From positions 64,001 through 128,000 of the IMG/VR virus record IMGVR_UViG_3300029305_005443: a stretch of DNA of 64,000 nt. The stretch is one strand, 5' to 3'. The translations under genes and the position numbers were made by a program. Under the pieces are notes generated by a model that was not told where the DNA came from, searched no databases, and was given only the letters and a program-made list of their open reading frames with translations. Shown here piece after piece: positions 55,037 through 64,000 of the stretch. Within the stretch, counting starts at the first letter, position 1. Every line of letters begins with the position of its first letter. This DNA is from a virus. Lineage: Duplodnaviria; Caudoviricetes.

Positions 55037-56938
55037 ATGACTGATATTGAAACTACTGGATCTGCTTTTGCTGAAGATCCATTGTTATATGGTAAACAAA
55101 TAGAAACTGTTCCAAAGCCAGAAAAGACTTTTGGTGTTGACACTCACGACACCTTATTGACAGATTTGGCTTCTGTTCAGGCTTCTCAAATTGATATGTC
55201 TGAAATAAACAAATTTACTAACATTTCAGACAACAGAAATGAACTTTATTCTTTGATTGACCAAATGGGTGCTGATAGTAGGATTGCTGCTGCACTTGAA
55301 ATCTACGCAGAAGATAGTACCGAGAAAAATGAACAAGGTCAGATTGTTTGGGCAGAATCTAGTGACGGTGATGTTGCAAAATATATTAATTTTCTTCTTA
55401 AGTCATTAAATATTGATAAAAATATTTATAAGTGGGTTTATTCACTTTGTAAATATGGAGATCTTTATATCAGAATGTTTAGAAAGTCTGATGTTGAAGA
55501 TGATTTGTTTGATGAAGATGATGATGAGAAGAAAGCCCTTAATGAAGAAATAAAAGTTAAAGTGTATCCAAAGAGTGATAAGTTAGTTCATTATGTTGAG
55601 ATGGTTCCTAACCCAGCAGAAATGTTTGAATTAACTAAATTTGGTTCCACTTATGCATATATATAGGCTCCATCTACTCTTGCAGCGGATTATAACTATA
55701 CTGGTGAAGAAGCTTGGCTAACAAACGCACAGAATAGATATTTATATAAATTTAAGAGAGATGATATTTATATCTATCAACCTACTGAGTTTGTTCATGC
55801 TTGTTTGGAAGACAGCCCAACAAGATTTCCTGAAGAAGTTAGAATATTTAGGACAGATGCCGATTATGAAGATGACAAATGTAGTTTGAATTATTAGGTA
55901 AGGAGAGGTTCTTCACTTCTTTCTAATATATTCAAAATCTGGCGTGAACTCATGCTTCTTGAGAATTCTGTTCTTCTTAACAGAATTACAAAATCCTCTA
56001 TTGTTAGAATGATTTAGGTTGAAGTTGGTGATATGCCGGCTGAAAATGTAAAGCCTCATTTGTATAGCATTAAATCTATGATTGAATAGAAAGCAGCTAT
56101 AAGTGAAGGTAAAAAATTATCCGAATATACTAATCCAGGTCCTATTGAAAATAATGTTTATGTGCCAACCAGAAACGGTCAAGGTGTCATAACAACAAAT
56201 TAGATAGGTGGAGATGTTGATGTTAAGTCACTTGTTGACTTGGATTATTTCCTTGATAAATTGTATGGTGCATTGAGAATTCCAAAGCAATACATGGGTT
56301 CAACGGACGATTCCACTGGGTTTAATGGTGGAACTGCATTGTCTCTAATTTCTGCTTCCTTTGCAAAAATGGTTAAGAGGATTTAGTCTACAATGAAGCA
56401 GACCATTACTGATATGATTAATGTTTTATTGTATGACAAGCAGCAGACTCAATACATAAATAAATTCTCAATCAATATGGTAGGTCCAATGACTGAAGAA
56501 GATAAGAATCGTCAGGAAAATCTTAGTTCTGAGATTCAAGTTGCTTCTGATGTTATGAATTTACTTGGTGATATTGATGACCCAGTCATTAAACTTAAAC
56601 TTCTTAAAGCTTTACTTTCAAGTTGCATTACAAATGAGGAAGTCATAGAGCTCATTCAAGAACAAATTGATGAACTTGAAGCAGAACAAGAAGGAAGTGA
56701 AGAATCATCTTCTGAAGAACAAGACATTAACATTGATTTTTCAGATGAGGGTGAGTCATCGTCAAGTGATTTTTCTGGTGGTCTTAATGACTTTGCCTCT
56801 GATGGATTGGATCTTGGCAATGAAGCCCCATCTGTTGAGACTTCAGTTCCTGAAGAGAATGGTGGGGAAGAAACTGTTTCCGGTCTTCCAAGTATGAATG
56901 AAATAGGATTAGATTTCGCAGATACAACTCAATTTTAA
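55037..56938 (+). CDS. portal protein, T4 gp20-like (6 in-frame TAG)
   Basis: CKYGD, IWRELMLLE, VEVGDMP, DYFLDKLYGALRIP, KRI*. Confidence 0.9.
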
Positions 56939-56970
56939 CAATTCCAGTAGATAATATCTAAGGAGAAAAT

Positions 56971-57441
56971 ATGGCAATAACAAAACAAGATTGTTTAGTA
57001 CTTCTCAATTCCTTAAAAAATAATGGGATTGATGTTAGTGAGATGTCTAAGAAAGCAGCTCTTTCTAAAGATGTTTCATTAGAAGTAGTTGATTTCATAA
57101 ACAAAAACAGACCTTTTGAGGTTAGTAAGTTTTATGAAAAATTAAGAAAATCTTACAATGAAAAAAAGTCTCAGTTATACAAGCAAATAGTTAAAAGTGA
57201 TGAGGTTGATACACCTAAAGACATAATTATTACTTTATCTTCTTTAGGTCTTCAAATAGTTTTATTTGCAAAGACTGTTGATGACTAGCAAATGTTTTTA
57301 AGACAAGCTAGGTATCAAGAACTTACAGGTTGTTTGTATAAATACAGCATAACATATGATTTGTTACCTGCCATACAGCTCCTTAGGTTATTTAAAATGG
57401 ATTTAAAAGCATTTGAATATCTTAACAGCAAGGATAAATAA
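56971..57441 (+). CDS. hypothetical protein (TAG 57286)
   Basis: Read-through ends in a TAATG overlap with the next gene. Confidence 0.7.
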
Positions 57442-58286
57442 TGCAAGAAGAAGAAATTCTTGGACAAAAAATAGATGGGCATGGGTTAGGATATGTCCTC
57501 TCAAAAAGAGACATAAGGGACTACAAACTCAATAAAAAAGTTTGTGGTTCCGTTTCTTTACCTGAAAGTTTTGAGGTACCACATTCTTAGATAAAAAATT
57601 AGGGACAAGTTCAAAGTTGTGTTGCATTTTCTGTTGCCGAAGTAATGGAAACATTAGATGACAACGGAACAAATTATTCAACTGCTTGGATATACGGGTA
57701 CCGACCCACTAGTTACTACCAGGGGCCTGGTATGATAGCTAGTAATGCGCTTAAAACAGTTAATTTAGTTGGTGCCATTAAAAAGGAAGTTCTTCCTGGC
57801 AATTATGAGATGCCAAAAGCAAAACAAATTGTCCAGAAAAATCTTTCATCATACAAAGAAAAAGCCAAAGAAGATAAAATTGTTGCTTATGCAAGATTAA
57901 GAACAATGCAAGAAATAAAAGAAGCCATTTACACAACTGGTACTCCTGTTGTGGTGTGTATTCTTTGTACTGATTTGAAATTGGATGAGCATTATATTGC
58001 TTACATTCCTGATGGAGCAACTTCCGGTCACGCCGTTGTGTGCTATGGGTGGAATGAGTTAGGATTGCTCATACAAAACTCCTGGGGCGATAAATGGGGA
58101 GACAACGGTTGTTTTATACTTCCATATGAACACCCATTTAGTGAAGCATGGATTCTAACAAAGGATCCGGATGTAATAATTAAGCCATCTGCTTTTGCAT
58201 TTAGAGAAATTATTGTAAATTTCTTTAAGTCATTAACAATGTTCTTAAAAGGATTGTTTAAATCTAACGAAGGTAAGGGAAAATAA
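57441..58286 (+). CDS. papain-like C1 cysteine peptidase (2 TAG)
   Basis: IKN*GQVQSCVAFS, GHAVVCYGW, QNSWG. Confidence 0.9.
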
Positions 58287-58287
58287 T

Positions 58288-60270
58288 ATGCCAGATTATA
58301 TAAATAAAATAAGGGTTGCCGGCACAGAATATGATATTAAAGATGCTACCGGTGCTAATATTTCTTATTATGTATGCAGTACTGCTGCTGCTAATGTGAC
58401 AAAAGTTATCTCAGATTCTGGTTCTGTTGTTTACACAAATGGGACTGGTATTAGAGTAAAGTTTACAAATGGTAATACAAACACTGCACCATCTCTTCAA
58501 ACAGGAAGTGGAACAAGTGCAAAAACATATTCTGTTAAGTGGCCTTCTTCAAGAGAAACTCCTCTTGGTTGGGAAAACAATTCTGTTATTGATTTTGTTT
58601 TTGACTCTACTGTTCCTTGCTGGAGGGTTGTGTCCCAAGCATTCAGCACCATTGGTGATTTCAAAATAAACCAAGATGCTGGAAATAACATAACAAAGAT
58701 ACAAAAAGAATCTCCTAAGTATGCTTATACTGGCACTACTGCTCAACAGAGTTATTTGTGTTATATAAATGCACCAGCAGATGATGTTTTTACTAGCACC
58801 TCAAGAGATCCTTCAACTATAGATTTCTTGAGTTCTGGCCCTGTCAATTCAAGTGGAACATATAATCCAGTAACAAGAATTAGATATGATGGAAAATTTG
58901 AAACTTCTAAGTTAAATGCTACTGGTGGAACTATTTCTGGCATTACCTTTAGTGGAAACAATTCTAACACTGGTACTATAACAAACACGGGAACTATCAG
59001 TGGTGGAACCATTAATGGTGCAACCATTTCTGGTGGTTCATTAAGTAATGTTGGCGGAACATTTGCAGGTACTTGTACAGGAACTTTTGCAGGTACTATT
59101 TCTGGCACTTTGACCAATGTTACTTTAGCTGGAACAACTACTCTTTCAGGAACACTAAACGGTGGAACAATTGCTGGTTCAACTATAGGAAGTGCAACTA
59201 GTGGAAGCACAGTTACCAGATCTTCATTCATAGGTGATTTGGGTGATTATGTTGAATTAAATGGAAGATTAAGAAGTGATAGTTTAGGATCCACTGGTGC
59301 TGTTTACCTTGATGGCAGGAGTTTAAGCTCACTTGCATCTTACACCCCATCCTGGTACAAAAAAGATGGAACAACTGCCCTAACAATTGAGGCAATCAGT
59401 GCTGCTGTTGGGGATAGATTTTTTGTGACTAAATATGGAACTGCTATTGCATATAAAGCTGTTCTTCAAGATGTTGAGATTTATGGCGGAACTATAAAGG
59501 GAGCTTCACTTCCCGATTTGAACATTAGTAGTTTATCAAATGTTACAATAACCGGTGGCAACATTTACGGGGTTGATATTTCTTCAAATGGTAGTACAAG
59601 AACAACATTTAGGGGAGATATTTTAGGTGGTTCTACACTGAATGGAGAAATTGATATTGATGCTGCAACTCTTGACTGGAGCGGATCTGTACTAAAGACA
59701 GGAAATATAAATGGTTCTAAAACTGTTTATATTGACGGCAGGGCAGACTCAAGTCTTTCTTCTGTTACTCCAACTTGGTATAAAAAGGCAGGTTCTACTA
59801 CAATCACAATTTCTAATGTAAGGGCATCTTTCGGTCAAAAAACATTTATCACAAATTATGGCACAGTAGTTGCTTACCAAACAATTCTTCAAGCTCCTGA
59901 AATTTATGGTGGAACAATTAATGGAGCAACTCTTACTAATGTAACTCTTAGTGGTGCAACTTATAATAATATTACCATAGATAAAGGTAACATTAATGGT
60001 GTAACTATTTCTTCCTCAGGAGCTACAAGATCTACTTTTAGAGGAGACATACAGACAGGATCCACTATTAATGGAAACATTGATGTTGATGCTGCTACAT
60101 TAGACTGTGCTGGGAGTACAATTAAGAGTGGAACGATTTCCAGTTCAACATTAAGCAGTTGCACCATAAGTGGTGGTAAGATGACCAACCTTTCTATTAT
60201 TTCTGCTGGTTCTTCTTTCCACTATGTAGTTATTGATGCTAACGGCAACCTCAAAGTAAAAGCTGGCTAA
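58288..60270 (+). CDS. Gly-rich tail-fibre/spike-like protein
   Basis: CSTAAAN..K / VKFTNGNT domain, GGTI repeats, internal duplication of about 140 aa. Confidence 0.75.
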   Translation: MPDYINKIRVAGTEYDIKDATGANISYYVCSTAAANVTKVISDSGSVVYTNGTGIRVKFTNGNTNTAPSLQTGSGTSAKTYSVKWPSSRETPLGWENNSVIDFVFDSTVPCWRVVSQAFSTIGDFKINQDAGNNITKIQKESPKYAYTGTTAQQSYLCYINAPADDVFTSTSRDPSTIDFLSSGPVNSSGTYNPVTRIRYDGKFETSKLNATGGTISGITFSGNNSNTGTITNTGTISGGTINGATISGGSLSNVGGTFAGTCTGTFAGTISGTLTNVTLAGTTTLSGTLNGGTIAGSTIGSATSGSTVTRSSFIGDLGDYVELNGRLRSDSLGSTGAVYLDGRSLSSLASYTPSWYKKDGTTALTIEAISAAVGDRFFVTKYGTAIAYKAVLQDVEIYGGTIKGASLPDLNISSLSNVTITGGNIYGVDISSNGSTRTTFRGDILGGSTLNGEIDIDAATLDWSGSVLKTGNINGSKTVYIDGRADSSLSSVTPTWYKKAGSTTITISNVRASFGQKTFITNYGTVVAYQTILQAPEIYGGTINGATLTNVTLSGATYNNITIDKGNINGVTISSSGATRSTFRGDIQTGSTINGNIDVDAATLDCAGSTIKSGTISSSTLSSCTISGGKMTNLSIISAGSSFHYVVIDANGNLKVKAG

Positions 60271-60297
60271 TATTGTATAATATACCAACTATATTAT

Positions 60298-60690
60298 ATG
60301 AGGGAGAAATATATGACAGTTGAAGAGGCAAAATCAATTATTGATGCATACGCTAAGATTAGACAAGAAGAAAAAGAAATAAGTCTTCCTGTAAAAGTGT
60401 CTTGGATTAGAAGACAAAATTTGCAGAAGCTTATGAATGTCTTTAGTCTTTATAACGAAGCGCTAACAGAAATTCAATTGAGATATGCTGATGATGAACA
60501 TTCTGTTTTGAATGGGGATGGAACAAGACAAGTAAAAGATCAATACATTAATCAATATCAAAAAGAATGTATTGAACTTTACCAGCAAGATGCGGATGTT
60601 GACATTAAGAAAGTGAAATTAGAAGATTTAGGAGACTTAACTTTAACAGAGTCTCAAATGGATACTCTAGGTTTTATGATAGAGGAATAA
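60298..60690 (+). CDS. hypothetical protein (DUF1617-like, tail-adjacent)
   Basis: LPVKVSW...NL...KY pattern. Confidence 0.55.
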   Translation: MREKYMTVEEAKSIIDAYAKIRQEEKEISLPVKVSWIRRQNLQKLMNVFSLYNEALTEIQLRYADDEHSVLNGDGTRQVKDQYINQYQKECIELYQQDADVDIKKVKLEDLGDLTLTESQMDTLGFMIEE

Positions 60691-60694
60691 TGCT

Positions 60695-62284
60695 TTGGCA
60701 GATGTAAGTAAACTTACAATTAGTGGTTCTTCATTTGATTTGAAGGACCCAATAGCAAGGCGGTCAATAGGCTATGGACAAGTGGATTCCACATCTACTT
60801 CCACTGCTTTCACAGCTCAGATTGATGGGGTTACTTCATATTTCGATGGATTAGCAATAATGCTTAGAAATGGTGTGGTAACCTCTGCTGCTGGCTGTAC
60901 ATTGGATATAAATAACATTGGTGCAAAGCCAATTTATAATAGTATGGCAGATGCTTCTGCCGAAACTACTATATTCAATATTTCATACACAATGCTGTTT
61001 GTGTATGACAGTACAAGGGTAAGTGGTGGTTGCTGGGTTATGTATCGCGGTTATAACTCTGATACTACTTCAGCAAGAGGTTTAATTGATTACTACTTCA
61101 GGCCACAGGCTGGATCAACACTTTATAGATATAAACTCTGCATGCTTGGCGCTAACAATAGAATGTATCCTATTGTTACAACTGACCAAGAAGACACCAC
61201 TCAAGTATCAAAGTCAGTTCAAACAGTTGCATTAAGGCCGGATAAGATTTGGCTTTACAATGCAAAGGACACCATTTCTGCTGGGAGTGCTATCACTGCA
61301 AATACTTTGTATGAAGCCATGTACTATACAGGAGCTGCATACACTTTTAACTCAACAATTTCTAAGTATACGACAATTTACTTAAGGGGTACATACGACA
61401 AGACTACTCACTTGTTCACTCTTTATGATGATGGCAATACTCCATGTACTTCTTATTATACTACAGTTCCTACTAACTCGTCAAGTATTACATTAAGTTC
61501 ATATTTTGTTTAGGGTTATTATTATATATTAGTTGGTGGTGCTTATTCATCAAATAACTACTACAGCTTGTTTGTGAATAACCCTCTGTACTACTTCGAT
61601 GGAACAAACCTTATCCCAGTTGCAACAAAGTTAGCAAATGACGCTGCTGCAAGCGGGGTTACTTCCTTTAACGGTCAAACTGGTTCCGTAACATATTCGG
61701 CTCCAGTTACAGATGTTAAGGATTCTGGTGGAACTTCTCTTCTATCCGGTACAGTAGCAACTATTCCTTCCATTCCTTCTGCTACTTCAGATCTTGTAAA
61801 TGACTCTGGCTTCTTATCTTCTGCAGTAACTACTCTCGATACATTAGCTGGTGATTTATACTTAGCAAAGACTGAAGTCGGATCTGCTTCTGTAACTTCT
61901 ACTATATCCGCTGCTGTAGTTACTTCTTGGGATGCTGGTTCTGTGACTTATGTATCACCTTATACAGTAGTTACTGGTGGAACTTCTTCTTCTATTTCTG
62001 TAATTTCTTCTGTTGGAACTGCAGCTACTGCTACTTATTCCAGTGGAATTTTAATCATAAATAATGGTACTGCTCCTACATTTGGCACAGCAGTTAGTGT
62101 CTACACTAGTTTATCAACTGGTGATTCTGTTTATGTAGAAAATGGATCGGTACCTACATTATCTTATACTTCTGTTTCTGTTCCTGTCATTTCTGTGTCT
62201 ACAAAAGTAGTTGTTACCGGAATTTCTAATCTTCCCCCAGCATTGGTTGGATCTGCATTAGTTGGCACTGACGTGGTAAGTTAA
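60695..62284 (+). CDS. tail-fibre-like protein (TAG 61511)
   Basis: Two fragments in frame; TLDINNIGAKPIY, VTSFNGQTG, SDLVNDSGF motifs. Confidence 0.8.
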
Positions 62285-62295
62285 AGGAAATATAA

Positions 62296-63567
62296 ATGGG
62301 CACAATTGCTAAAGTAACAGCGGGTGGATCCACCCACTTAATAGCATCAACTGCATATGGAACTTGCCCTACAGCTGCTAGCACGGCTTCAAAAGTGGCA
62401 ACAATATAGGATAGTCAAGATTTTACTCTTGTGAAGGGTGTGACTATTCATATTAGATTTACTTATTCTAACACTTCTTCTAACCCGACTTTGAATGTAA
62501 ACAGTACGGGTGCAAAACCTCTGTATTTGTACGGAACTTCTACTTCTGACAGAACAGCAGTAGGAACTACGGTCAGTGAAAGCTGGAAAGATGGTGCAGT
62601 TGTTGCTCTTACTTACGATACTACAATAAATACTTCTGGTTGTTGGATTGTAAATGATTATAGAGCATGGTATGCACAAAATGTTGGCTATACCCCGGAT
62701 GATTCTTCTTGGAATGTAACCGATGTTGCTGGTGCTCTTGACGACTTAAAAGCTAATGCTTCTTCTGCCGCTGCACCGGTGTATATAGAATATGGAGATG
62801 AAGACGCTTATTCTAAAATCTCTGCTGCTTTAACTGCTGGAAAAAGGGTTTATTGCATATATACAGAAGAAGATTCTGCTTATGGCTCTACTGATACGGC
62901 ATACCTCCCTCTTACTTATTGGTATCACGAGCCTGGTGAAGCGGATTATTATTATTTTCAAGTAGTTAGGGCAGAATCTTTAGCAGGTGGAGTTTATCAA
63001 TCTACTAATGAATTATGGACTGTTGAGGTAAGTGACAGCGACAGTTGGTCTGAGCTTGAGAAGCTTCCTTGGGGTGGAACCTATACTGGTGTTTCTCCAA
63101 TAAGTGTAAGTGGAAGCACAATTAGCCATGTAAATAGTGGTGTTAGTGCTAGTACCTATACTGCAGCTTATAATGATAAAACTTCTTCTTGGTATATACC
63201 AACAATAACGGTTAATGCAACAGGTCATATAACTAGTGCTGTTACTTATGGTACTGCTCTTAGTTTCTCTACTTTGGACAGCAGATTTACAAACCGAGGT
63301 TATTATAAACCTGGCAATGGACCTTGGGTTCTTCAGTCCACATCTACTTCTTCTACAATAACCTTTTCTAATCCCCTCAGCACAGGGTTCTATGTTACTG
63401 ACATAAAGGCTTGGGATGCAGACGGTGTGCCAGTAATAATTGACTGGTCTATGACTAGTGGTGGCTACATTCCTTCAACCAGCTCGGCAACAGTAACTGT
63501 TTCTGTTTCTGAAGCATATGGAAAAGCAATCAATTATATTCCAGTTATCACTACAATGAACAAATAA
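62296..63567 (+). CDS. tail-fibre-like protein (TAG 62407)
   Basis: YGTCPTAASTASK, PTLNVNSTGAK, ITVNATGHIT motifs. Confidence 0.8.
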
Positions 63568-63578
63568 GGTCCTATATA

Positions 63579-64000
63579 ATGTATTCTAATGGAACAGAAA
63601 TAAAATTAGTAACAGGTTCAGAAGTTTTTGGCGATGGAAACCACGAATCTACTTAGAATGTTCTTGATGCTTTATTCCAAGCTAATCCTTCTGGTAAAGA
63701 TGTTCTTGACATTGGCACTGGAACTGGTGTTCAAGCAATATTTGCTAAAAAATGGGGAGCAAATAGAGTTGTTGCAGTTGATATAAGTTATCCAGCAATT
63801 TTAACTGCAAGATAGAACTTTCAAAGAAATAATGTTGAGATAGAATCTAGATTAAACATTTATAATGAATATTTAGATTTTAAAGCAGATATTATTGTTG
63901 CTAATTTATCCCCTCACGAAGTAAGAGAATTTTTACCATTAGCACAATCGAGTTTAAAGGACAATGGGATTCTGATTTGTTCTTGGATGAATCCTGCAGA
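63579..64000 (+). CDS. PrmA-like SAM-dependent methyltransferase (2 TAG; 3' truncated by window edge)
   Basis: FGDGNHEST*, VLDIGTGTG, AVDI, AR*NFQRNNV, DIIVANL; absent from ORF track. Confidence 0.8.

Noticed and set aside
52975-56938. Terminase and portal as pseudogenes or intron-split genes
   Set aside because: All fragments are in one frame, separated only by TAG, with no inserted sequence
881-63228. Minus-strand ORFs in the track
   Set aside because: They shadow + strand genes or tRNAs and lack recognisable motifs

Overview
64 kb segment of a large, AT-rich tailed phage; all supported genes are on the + strand. The host is probably a Firmicute/Clostridia, judging by Shine-Dalgarno sites, TTGACA/TATAAT promoters and gene families. 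The genome uses a reassigned genetic code: TAG is read as Gln (code 15). The supplied ORF track therefore fragments or misses many genes, including terminase, portal, NrdD, SSB, tail fibres, a C1 peptidase, a glycosyltransferase and a PrmA-like methyltransferase. An amber-suppressor tRNA(CUA) with an unusual long variable arm lies at 27749-27836. Layout: replication/recombination and nucleotide metabolism (1-14 kb); a paralogous array of small zinc-finger ORFs and other accessory genes (15-27 kb); a tRNA/ncRNA island with an RNA ligase and a DUF2828/TROVE-like vWA protein (27.7-33.3 kb); acidic putative head proteins, tail-fibre-like proteins, holins, T4-like terminase and portal (34-64 kb). 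The best candidate for an undescribed system is the DUF2828 gene flanked by a family of seven CAGCA(A) stem-loop RNAs. One of these has a circularly permuted tRNA-like fold of the YrlA Y-RNA type, suggesting a Ro60/Y-RNA-like ribonucleoprotein. Code-15 CDS coordinates were worked out by hand; family assignments come from motif recognition, not database searches.
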